Of a stretch of 64,000 nt of DNA, positions 20,201-28,588 are shown piece after piece; the stretch's first letter is position 1; each line of letters starts with the position of its first letter. The notes under the pieces were generated by a model. It was not told the DNA's origin, searched no databases, and saw only the letters and a list, made by a program, of their open reading frames with translations. A program made the position numbers and the translations under genes. Source of the DNA: a virus. The stretch spans positions 28,545 through 92,544 of the IMG/VR virus record IMGVR_UViG_3300044638_008303; one strand, 5' to 3'.

Positions 20201-22850
20201 AATTATATGGAATCGGCATTGGATCTGGTAAGATACCTTTAAAACAAGCGTTAGTAACTACATCATCTACGCCACCATAATTTGATAAAAGATCAATACA
20301 ATTATTAATATTCTGATCTGAATAATTTCTCCAATTAGTGACTTGCCAAGGGTATGGAACATTTTCATAACTATAATATGAAGTTGAAAAATTTTCAGCA
20401 CATTCATCCAATTCATTACAAATACTAGCGCCTTCTTGAATTAACCATACCGATGATCCACCAAAAAAAGGATCGTCCGGAATTGTCCGAATTACTCTCC
20501 TACGAATTCTTGAAAAAGGTTCTGATATTCTTAATATATGGTTCCATCTACCATATTGATTATTTGGATCCGAATTTAAACTATCTGGAACGTAATACCC
20601 CAAAAGACTAGTATTAATATTATTTTGACAAGTCCTAACTATATAAAATCCAGGGTCTGGAACCCCATTTAAACAAAAACCATAAGCCCTAGATTGGTAA
20701 CTTTTTGAATTATATGGTTTTGAGGTAGAGCCTAGCGTCGGTAAACTTTCATGCAAAAGATAAATAATTTCATCTCTAGCTAATACAGCTCGCCATGCTC
20801 CATCTTTTTCTGGCATTCTATAAAAAGGAGAGCAAAATGATTGTACCATACCCTTTTTTCCATTATTGAAAGGGTCTGAAATTATAAAATTAATTTTTTC
20901 GTCACTAATTGGAAATGTTTGATTTGTTATTATTCTACCCTCCCATTCGCCTGGCGGTGGCGGCAGTTCAGACTTGTTACAAGGCTCCATAAGAGGATCT
21001 ACAGCACCTTCTTTTGTAATTAACCTTGCAAAACTTTTTGTAAGCATATCAACATCCCACCCATAGGCCATATCTTTAGTATAAATCTCTAAATCTTCAC
21101 GAAGATTTATATTTTCATATAAAAATGGAGAAATATAAGTATTATAAATTTCCCAATTACCATAAGAATCAGGCCTAACAAAATATGGGTATTCTGGTGA
21201 GCTAATAAGTGGTGAAGATGTTACCCCATAAGGAAGATAATAAACATAAACTTTATTTAAATTTGGTAAACCTACAATCAAAGCATATGAATTAATAGCA
21301 ACTGAAACCCCTGCATATTCTAAACCTGGGGGGAGATCATAATTTAATTGATTCTGGGTTTCTACAAAAGATCCATAATCATCATATCGTTGAATTTTAA
21401 ATGTTTTAACATATATAGATTTTGGTTCGTTTGTATTTATATCATAATAAGCTCCGGCAATTGCGCAAGATGAATTCCCACAAATATCAAAAGCAATTGA
21501 AATTCCAAATCGAGATATTTCTGTCGGAGTAGATGCTGGGCCGTTGATTGTTTGTAATTTTTTAAATGAATATTTAGTTTTAACTATCCAAACACCTGTA
21601 AAAAAATCTAAACGAGATAAATCAATAGGTTCAATTTCGTATATATTTACCTTATTACTATTAGGAATACCGACAATTACTATAGTTCCAAATAAGACTT
21701 TCGCATACTCTTTATCTAAACTATAATGTTTCCAGAATAATTTACGAGAAGAAATAATTCTATTATCTGGATAAATAGATTGTTGATCAAAACTAAAATC
21801 TTCAGAAGATAATTCTGAAAAAAATAATTCATTAGATATTAATATATCTGTAATGTCTTGATCACCTGGTGTAATTTCAACAATACCCTGGTCCTTATAA
21901 CATAAATCAGATGCTGATTGAGTACATTCTGGCTCAACAGAGATGTTTCCATTTAAAGAAATCTTAACAAGACCATTAAAATATGTTTCTTTATAGTAAG
22001 TAAATTTGCCACCTATCAATATTTCTGTAACAGGATTCTGACCTATTGATGGAATTATATCATAAACAGTATCGTCAAATCCCGAGCCAGATTGAAAATT
22101 ATTACTTAAATTACCATTTGATTGTAAACTAATAATTCTATTAGCTGGATTATTTTTATAATTTAAAAATGAGCCACCAATAAAAATTTGATTTTGGCTA
22201 CGATAATAAATAGCTCGTACTTCATTATCAAACCCAGGGCCAATATCAAAAGTATTATCTATATTACCATCTGAGTTTAAAATAACTAGCCTATTTTTAT
22301 TAATATTATTATAAGTAGTAAATTTTCCACCAACAATAATTCTATTATCATTACTAATAGGATGTATATTATAAACATCATCATTGAATCCAGATCCAAT
22401 ATTAAATAATTGATCTATGCTACCATCTTCATTTAAACGAATTATTTTATTTCTGTTTTGGCCATTATATGAAGTAAATGATCCGCCAATTAGAATTTTA
22501 CCATCAGATTGCTGGGTAATAAATTCAACATCACCATTAAAACCACTACCAATATTAAATGATCCATCTATACTACCATCTTCATTTAAACGGATTATTC
22601 TATTTCTGTTTTGACCATTATAGGAGGTAAAAGACCCGCCAATTAAGATTTTTTTATTTTGTTGTATATATATTTTTTTTACATTATTATTAAAACCAGA
22701 GCCAATTTGAAAACTATCATCAATAGTTCCATATTTTGTTAAATATATAATTCTATTTGATATAGTACCTCTAAATTGTGTAAACTCTCCGCCCAAAAAA
22801 ATTCCAGAATCAGTATATGCGGTTGTTAAAACTTTATCATTAAAATGCAT
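17235..22850 (-). CDS. giant adhesin-like virion protein: delta-60 (DUF5122-like) propeller + Asp-box/BNR propellers + Cys-rich tail
   Basis: Repeats QSDGKILIGGSFTSYNG..RNRIIRLNEDGSID..F; many SxDYGxxW Asp-boxes; C-terminal Cys cluster. Confidence 0.8.
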   Translation of the reverse strand: MHFNDKVLTTAYTDSGIFLGGEFTQFRGTISNRIIYLTKYGTIDDSFQIGSGFNNNVKKIYIQQNKKILIGGSFTSYNGQNRNRIIRLNEDGSIDGSFNIGSGFNGDVEFITQQSDGKILIGGSFTSYNGQNRNKIIRLNEDGSIDQLFNIGSGFNDDVYNIHPISNDNRIIVGGKFTTYNNINKNRLVILNSDGNIDNTFDIGPGFDNEVRAIYYRSQNQIFIGGSFLNYKNNPANRIISLQSNGNLSNNFQSGSGFDDTVYDIIPSIGQNPVTEILIGGKFTYYKETYFNGLVKISLNGNISVEPECTQSASDLCYKDQGIVEITPGDQDITDILISNELFFSELSSEDFSFDQQSIYPDNRIISSRKLFWKHYSLDKEYAKVLFGTIVIVGIPNSNKVNIYEIEPIDLSRLDFFTGVWIVKTKYSFKKLQTINGPASTPTEISRFGISIAFDICGNSSCAIAGAYYDINTNEPKSIYVKTFKIQRYDDYGSFVETQNQLNYDLPPGLEYAGVSVAINSYALIVGLPNLNKVYVYYLPYGVTSSPLISSPEYPYFVRPDSYGNWEIYNTYISPFLYENINLREDLEIYTKDMAYGWDVDMLTKSFARLITKEGAVDPLMEPCNKSELPPPPGEWEGRIITNQTFPISDEKINFIISDPFNNGKKGMVQSFCSPFYRMPEKDGAWRAVLARDEIIYLLHESLPTLGSTSKPYNSKSYQSRAYGFCLNGVPDPGFYIVRTCQNNINTSLLGYYVPDSLNSDPNNQYGRWNHILRISEPFSRIRRRVIRTIPDDPFFGGSSVWLIQEGASICNELDECAENFSTSYYSYENVPYPWQVTNWRNYSDQNINNCIDLLSNYGGVDDVVTNACFKGILPDPMPIPYNSIRALKDLNRGSLILDSRANLLAMARNTVTYYANPKQNYFANWKSKFFDDREEFIEPSISDPVLVGGGIVDISFFDSPPAMSRFKVVNFTNQYYDDITIFDRRVWRDISLVKPDLSNTNNLSLWLAWGNVYNGPTNHDPNFIKRGGSFYWDRLVRHQLLLDYYPVGLSSTVLPPGPFNPDLEIIGIDDRDAAMAATKDWSSNNGYKTILENNGNILVYNGNNLTTINIIKNWTAIAMSEDGKYQTALAWNESSGIGEIYRSNDYGATWSQGYQGAKQWKKLDISDTGQFQTAVAEMSKIFVSHDYGVTWIESFTELSWNSVSLNGRGDIQLACTLTSVYESKDYGISWSVVDFNTAVVNAELITTALNKNKEKYNYIIGLITNSNNGWFSINSGKNFNQISLSPKSPNPFLLGNCKIGSSYDAIFQTIVVNNGKVFTSRNYGITWNEVVHPVVNTNKQWKDVAISENGKYQTAVAFNDNIYVSDNFGKNWTLRGIVNSWESIKISSNGQIQIAVASNNRIYRSNDYGVNWSTINHPVLLTNKNWRSVSISKDGKYQTAVAFNGNIHTSDDYGVNWVLRQFSRPYQKVDMSLDGQFQTVVGNNIQIFVSRNYGQSWVGKSITNNWIDIAINDNGEIQIATSVDNVYISYDYGETWNLIDSINSSNFSSIFISKNKFNGLIIGPSDTDTNYDINHGWRSNMQYGYKVQLVQRFDGYPSYRSIGCIGTDDQSEFNTAGIVVFEKYSKENNNWKRFSPDLYGDNQDDKIGQSFDLPAVSFNNSIDPKIKFISGYGYTVYDASLLGVNEPPTFTIANQKSDLIKFNFGRNILTVLNSGDLKFYANECINLSDFVFGCCETDAGSAGQCWCCSTLNECYLRFESIYQVTSERRCSEIGRNSTVHKFTPFALNEFVCVSCQDLQFNPVCPNGSWDIKPGYECFIPGINPPVDGGGIVTPPGFENNLLNQPLYHTPMEKISLNNNILSGIDALIKY
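22395..22655. repeat. imperfect direct repeat (~153-nt period) encoding delta-60 blades
   Basis: Two near-identical copies of ctaccatcttcatttaaacgRattattYtatttctgttttgRccattata at about 22420 and 22573. Confidence 0.75.
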
Positions 22851-22870
22851 AAATTATTATAATATTAAAA

Positions 22871-22876
22871 TTACAC
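22871..22876 (-). promoter_or_regulatory. GTGTAA late-promoter motif
   Basis: Lies in a 41-nt intergenic gap, 20 nt upstream of ATG 22850. Confidence 0.5.
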
Positions 22877-22891
22877 CATTTAAATTTAATT

Positions 22892-25800
22892 TTAATAAAA
22901 ATTAAGAAACCCACTATTCAGATAAGATGTGCCTATCCATAATCTTGTTTTTATATTTCCATTATTAAAGAACCCAAGGTAATCAGAAGGATAAAAAATT
23001 GTAGTACCTAACGTAGAATTAGGGTATTTATTTAATAAAATATCATATAAATACCATTTAAATGGTTCCATAATATTATTCCTATAAGTCCAAACTGCTC
23101 CAGAATTTTGATTATAACCGGGGCTACTAACGGTAATATTAATAGCGCCTCTTAAAGAAGGGCCTGTATCATAATAATTCTTGCCGTAAGTTATAATTTT
23201 TGAACCAAAAAGACTATTTGGAGCACCAGTTAATTTATTATAAAAAGACCAACCAATATTTTTATCACCAGTATAAATAGAAACTGCGCCAGCTTGTAAT
23301 CCATTTGTCGAATCATATGGAGCACCAATCGTTATGACATTTCCATTTTCATCCATTGAAATACTATTTCCAAATCTACTATTAAAACTTCCAGTTAAAC
23401 TATTTTTTAAAGACCATGTATTATTATTATTATTGTAACTATAAACTAAACAACCAGTATTTAAATTACCAGTACCACCAACAATTAAAACATCTCCTGA
23501 AAAATTAGTTTGTAAATTTAAACCAAAATTACCATTATTAACTGTAGAAGATAATTTTTGCTTAAAACCCCAATTACTAACAGAATTACCTGTATAATAG
23601 TAAACGGCACCTTGATTTAAACTATTATCACTGTCTTTAGGAGCGCCTACAAATAAATCATTCTTATTATTTTTACCAAAATATATACTGTGCCCAAATC
23701 TACTATTAGAGCTACCAGTTAATGTTTGTTTTAGAATCCAATTATTATTTATATTTTCATATACATAAACGGCGCCACGATTCGAATCATTTGGGGCCCC
23801 TATAAAAATAATTTGTTCTGTTGGGTGCGTAGCTACAGAATACCCAAATTCAGAATTTAAGACAGGGCCTGTAAAGCTTCTTATTAAACCTAAATAATTA
23901 ATACTACGCGAATCACGTGAATAGAGTTGACAAGTGTTTAAATCACCACGCCCTAGTAAAATTACTTTTTGGTCAGTATAGACCGAATAGGATGTATCAA
24001 TACTATATCCGTCTTTTAAGAAAGAACTATTATTGCTTAACCATTGTTCTGATGATGATTCTTCTAAAGATAATTTTTTTTCTGTGATTGCTTTATGTAA
24101 ATTAAAACTTGAAGGAATTTCTACAATCTCAAAATTATTGCCAGAATTAGAACTCATAATCATAGGACCGTTCTTAATTAGACATATTGAATATTTATTA
24201 TCATAACTAGATATTATTTTTGAATAATTTCTAAATTCATTTGTAAGCCTAAGATCTATAGTCCGATTATTATGATTGCCAGGATATAAAAATGTTGGGA
24301 CACTGTTTTGGAAGGTGCCCGGATTTCCTGTAAAAATAGATTTTAAAGTTCTAATGCAGCATGGAGCTGGCGGAGGAGACAATACAATATCTGTAACAGG
24401 TCCTGATAAATTAATATCAAAAGAATTAAGTTTTCCATAATATGTATTACCACCAAAATTATTAAATGGGTCTGAATATTGATTCCATGTTTTTCCAGAA
24501 TTATAAGATACATATAGACCCATTTCTTTTCTAGCGTCTGGACGTCTACTATAACCATTAGCGTACCCTCCTGGTTGAGTTGGATCCCATATTCTTCCAG
24601 CAGAAAGTACTCCGGCAAACATTGTTTTACCATCATTTGAAATTGCAGCTGAAGCCCACATTCTACCATGACCAGTATAGCCATCTGGCGGGGCTGCCGA
24701 ATTATCATCAGGACATGGTGGTTGATACTGTTCAGATACAAGTGCACCACATGGGGAACCACAATCAAAAGTATATGCAGTTTGGCCAACTCTGTTAGTT
24801 AGATATTTTGGCGACCAAGTTACACCATAATTATTTGAAACAAAAATTGGTGGGCATCTTCTATTGGCCCTGGCCGATAATAATACTCCACCGATACCAG
24901 TATCAGCAGTTTCACATACTGCAATTTGATTTTGACCATCTCTACTCATTTTTATACTAGCCCATGAATTACTTTCAGCTATGGGAGAATACCCACGAAC
25001 TCCTTTATATCGCCAAGTTTCGCCAGAATTTGAGGACACGCAAATATTTCCTGTGAGACTAAATAATAATCCATAATAATTAATACAATTATTAGGAGAT
25101 AAATCCCCAGTACAAACAAAATAATCAGAAACAGATGTAGTAATAAATCTTCCGTTATCACTTATATCTACTGGGCCATAAGAAAATTTATCAGAAAAAG
25201 TAATATCGTTAAATGGAAAATTCCCCCATCTTGAAACATCTGAAAGATTTTTTCTAGCCCAAGTTATTCCATAATCATTTGAAACAAAGAATACACCGAA
25301 AGGTCCTGTTACCGCCATATGTTGTCCATTACTGCTCATAGCAGTATATTTCATATTTGTAAAAGGAATATAATTAGGAAATGACATTTTAGGATGTATA
25401 ATAGTTCCATCTATATCTTTATAATTATAATCTGGTTGAAACCATGTTTTTCCATAATCGTGCGAAATTAATAATTCCGAACCATTTCTAACTGTTAGTA
25501 TATATTGACCACCAGAACTTATATTTAAACTCTTGTTCCAGTTAGATCTATAATAGTAAGTTGTATCAACTACTCTTTCAAATGGGAAATCATCATCAGG
25601 ATCAAATTCGCCGCTAGTACATTCAAAAGGTAAGCTTGGAATAAATTTACCACTATTAAGACAATCTTTTAAGTTTAAAAATCTATTTGCTGGATACAAA
25701 TAATCTTCAGTTTGAAATCCACTAAACTCACCAGCAATAGAATAAGAACATTGATCGCTATTAATATCGTATACTGTAGCCAAATTATTAATTATGGAGC

Positions 25801-28588
25801 TACTCGACGAACTACTCGACGAGCTACTCGACGAGCTACTCGACGAGCTACTCGACGAGCTACTCGACGAGCTACTCGACGAGCTACTCGACGAACTAGA
25901 AAAAACTCTACACCAATTTGGATCAACAATATTATAAACCTCATCATATACCCATAATTTAGTTCCTATCGAAAAACTGTTACATATTCGTGGCGGTTCG
26001 CAAGATAACCCTAATCTTATATCTCTAAAATTATTAAAATAATTTACAGAATTAATGTAATATGTGCCGTTATAATTATTATTCCCTAAAATTAATATTT
26101 GATCACCAACAGAAGATCGGATACTTGGTATAATAGATGGGTTTAAATATAATAATCTTACCATTTTCTGCCCAAAATTTTGTGTATTACATATTTGAAA
26201 TTCTAAACCGTAATTAAAATTATCTCCTGAAAAGATTGGGTTTTGACTATTTATAAAAGTAATTGAACCGGATTTTTCAACAGAATATTGTTTTTTAGGC
26301 CAGTTTGAAAAACATTCCGACCAACAGTTCGTAATACTTGAATTATTAATAAAATAAAAATCTGGATTATCTATTGTAAAATAAATAATTGTTGGGTCAC
26401 ATGGGTATAATAAATTAGATTCTATACTAATATCGGTAATAGAAGGCACTATACCAGTGTCAAATATGGTAAATGGTTCTAATGTTGTTAATGTTTCTTC
26501 CCAACCCCCGCCATTATAATTGTTAGGAATTGGTTGTAAAATTGGATCTAAACCGCTTAAAAAGCCACTTTCAAATTCTAATTTTACATTGGGAACATCA
26601 AAAAGATGATAAAATTTTCCACTACCAGATGGCGTTTCCCCTAATCTGGAAATTCTTGTTCTACCGCCGGTTGGATGTCCGTCATATAATTGATAGTTCC
26701 CACTTATAAGTTGAAAATAACTATTTTCAAAAAATCTTTCTTCTTCCCCAGAAATTGGTCGTAATATATATCCAGTATATTGGAAATTATAAGTTGTATC
26801 ATCTTTAAAACATTGATTAGCAGTAACAAAAGATGGGATTTCATTAATTTCTATAGTTTCCGGAATTTTAGGATCACAAAAAGTTATATTTAAACCTGTT
26901 GAAGCTATACCATCGAAAAAGCCAGTAGAACTATTAAGAACAACTGAACCATCGACAGGATTAAATCCTGCCCCATCTTGATTCCAAAATAAAAAAGATT
27001 CTCCAGTTATTATTCCAACATAAGGTTTAAAAATAGTCCATTTACCAGGTTCAAAATTTAGTAAATAATCTCCGATAAGTTTACCGCTTGTTCTTCCCCC
27101 AGTTGCTAAAGCCCCCCCAGTAATTTTAAAAAATCCAGTAACATTCCCCGTAGGAGAAAGAGGCGGAGATACTAATCTGATAGTTTCATACTCAGATTGG
27201 TCAAAAAATAAAAATAATCCGCCAGTATACCGAAAAAATTTTGTTGCAAAACCAGTTCTTGTAGCAGTTTCATAATCATAGTCAAAAGAATATTGGGAAC
27301 ATATAGAATTACTTAAATTTGAAGAACAGATAGCGTTATAAGCTGATTCACTAATTGGAGGTGGTACAAAATTACCGCTACTATTAAGATACCAACCTCT
27401 TTTAGCATCTGGCACGACACCTGTTACCAAACCAGAATAAAAACCTGTTAACAAACCACCTTGAAAATTTATAAACCCACTAAATAAAATATTACCCTTA
27501 CTACCCCGTGCTGAAATATTTGTTAATGAATATATGTCTCCTATCCCAGAAGCTAATTTATCATATTTTTTTTCTATATATTGATCATCTGCAATTCTAA
27601 AAAAGCTTGCAATTCCAGAGCCTGTTCCGTATTCATAATAATTTCTTAGCGTATTGAATCCGCTAACCAACCCCGATACGTTTCCATATAAAAAACCGCT
27701 CCCTTCTATAAAACCAGATACAGTTTGGTTTGTTAAAAAAGCAGTTCTTTCTATTGGTATAAAATAATCCCCAGTAAAACCACTAATATATTTTAACTGA
27801 ATAGATAATTCAATATCTTTTTCATCGTAAAAAGATAAAATATAATTTACAGTATTATTGTTAGCAATATTATCTTGTTCCGGCCCAAAAGAAAGATATT
27901 GAATTTGGTCTTCTGGCGTTTCTAATATAAAACCAGAAACAGTAATATCAAAATTTAAAACTCCTATATTTGTATATAGAGTAATTGGTAAGGAAGAAGT
28001 TCCAATTATTAAGCCCGTATTAACTAAATTAAAAGAACCAGAGCTAGAAGGATTAATTAAAAAATTATTTGGTAAATTGAGAAAAAAATTATTATCTGAT
28101 AAAAATCCCGAAAATACATTTATAACACTGGAACCATTATTAAAAATAGTTATTGGTATGTTGGTATTTTGATAAATATATTCTTTAAAAGTATCTATAA
28201 AAAATACGGGTCTTTTCCCATAAATTATAAAATTATTAACATCAATAAAATTAGGATTACCACTTAAAATAAAAGAAGATAGACTAAAATCGTTTTTATT
28301 TTCAGCTCCATAAAGAAGACTATTATTTTTATATAAGTCAAAATAATTTTGACCTATATTACCGGAAAAATTTATATTTTCGTTACCAGCATAATTACCA
28401 ATAAGATAATTGTTTTTATTATAAATTTTATTATTTTTTAAATTAAAAATATGTAAAAGCTGGTTTTCTCCAGAAAAATAAAAATTAAAATTTTGATTGC
28501 CAGTTACTTCTTGGGGTAGCAAATTTAAATTCCAACTAATTTTATTTTGTGGATATATACTTTTCGAAAATATGCCAGAAATTGTCAT
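22892..28588 (-). CDS. giant virion structural protein with poly-Ser linker, Asp-box propeller and FG-GAP propeller (1898 aa)
   Basis: SG/TG-rich N-terminal half; about 35 consecutive Ser; SHDYGKTW/SNDYGITW boxes; FG...IGAP repeats at the C-terminus. Confidence 0.75.
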   Translation of the reverse strand: MTISGIFSKSIYPQNKISWNLNLLPQEVTGNQNFNFYFSGENQLLHIFNLKNNKIYNKNNYLIGNYAGNENINFSGNIGQNYFDLYKNNSLLYGAENKNDFSLSSFILSGNPNFIDVNNFIIYGKRPVFFIDTFKEYIYQNTNIPITIFNNGSSVINVFSGFLSDNNFFLNLPNNFLINPSSSGSFNLVNTGLIIGTSSLPITLYTNIGVLNFDITVSGFILETPEDQIQYLSFGPEQDNIANNNTVNYILSFYDEKDIELSIQLKYISGFTGDYFIPIERTAFLTNQTVSGFIEGSGFLYGNVSGLVSGFNTLRNYYEYGTGSGIASFFRIADDQYIEKKYDKLASGIGDIYSLTNISARGSKGNILFSGFINFQGGLLTGFYSGLVTGVVPDAKRGWYLNSSGNFVPPPISESAYNAICSSNLSNSICSQYSFDYDYETATRTGFATKFFRYTGGLFLFFDQSEYETIRLVSPPLSPTGNVTGFFKITGGALATGGRTSGKLIGDYLLNFEPGKWTIFKPYVGIITGESFLFWNQDGAGFNPVDGSVVLNSSTGFFDGIASTGLNITFCDPKIPETIEINEIPSFVTANQCFKDDTTYNFQYTGYILRPISGEEERFFENSYFQLISGNYQLYDGHPTGGRTRISRLGETPSGSGKFYHLFDVPNVKLEFESGFLSGLDPILQPIPNNYNGGGWEETLTTLEPFTIFDTGIVPSITDISIESNLLYPCDPTIIYFTIDNPDFYFINNSSITNCWSECFSNWPKKQYSVEKSGSITFINSQNPIFSGDNFNYGLEFQICNTQNFGQKMVRLLYLNPSIIPSIRSSVGDQILILGNNNYNGTYYINSVNYFNNFRDIRLGLSCEPPRICNSFSIGTKLWVYDEVYNIVDPNWCRVFSSSSSSSSSSSSSSSSSSSSSSSSSSSSSSSSSSSIINNLATVYDINSDQCSYSIAGEFSGFQTEDYLYPANRFLNLKDCLNSGKFIPSLPFECTSGEFDPDDDFPFERVVDTTYYYRSNWNKSLNISSGGQYILTVRNGSELLISHDYGKTWFQPDYNYKDIDGTIIHPKMSFPNYIPFTNMKYTAMSSNGQHMAVTGPFGVFFVSNDYGITWARKNLSDVSRWGNFPFNDITFSDKFSYGPVDISDNGRFITTSVSDYFVCTGDLSPNNCINYYGLLFSLTGNICVSSNSGETWRYKGVRGYSPIAESNSWASIKMSRDGQNQIAVCETADTGIGGVLLSARANRRCPPIFVSNNYGVTWSPKYLTNRVGQTAYTFDCGSPCGALVSEQYQPPCPDDNSAAPPDGYTGHGRMWASAAISNDGKTMFAGVLSAGRIWDPTQPGGYANGYSRRPDARKEMGLYVSYNSGKTWNQYSDPFNNFGGNTYYGKLNSFDINLSGPVTDIVLSPPPAPCCIRTLKSIFTGNPGTFQNSVPTFLYPGNHNNRTIDLRLTNEFRNYSKIISSYDNKYSICLIKNGPMIMSSNSGNNFEIVEIPSSFNLHKAITEKKLSLEESSSEQWLSNNSSFLKDGYSIDTSYSVYTDQKVILLGRGDLNTCQLYSRDSRSINYLGLIRSFTGPVLNSEFGYSVATHPTEQIIFIGAPNDSNRGAVYVYENINNNWILKQTLTGSSNSRFGHSIYFGKNNKNDLFVGAPKDSDNSLNQGAVYYYTGNSVSNWGFKQKLSSTVNNGNFGLNLQTNFSGDVLIVGGTGNLNTGCLVYSYNNNNNTWSLKNSLTGSFNSRFGNSISMDENGNVITIGAPYDSTNGLQAGAVSIYTGDKNIGWSFYNKLTGAPNSLFGSKIITYGKNYYDTGPSLRGAINITVSSPGYNQNSGAVWTYRNNIMEPFKWYLYDILLNKYPNSTLGTTIFYPSDYLGFFNNGNIKTRLWIGTSYLNSGFLNFY
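25797..25892. repeat. 12-bp tandem repeat x8 (GAGCTACTCGAC) encoding poly-Ser
   Basis: Eight contiguous units, one of them the variant GAACTACTCGAC. Confidence 0.95.

Noticed and set aside
25797-25892. CRISPR-like array
   Set aside because: Contiguous 12-bp units with no spacers, lying in frame in a CDS. The antisense RRAT-repeat ORF at 25712-25957 is its shadow.
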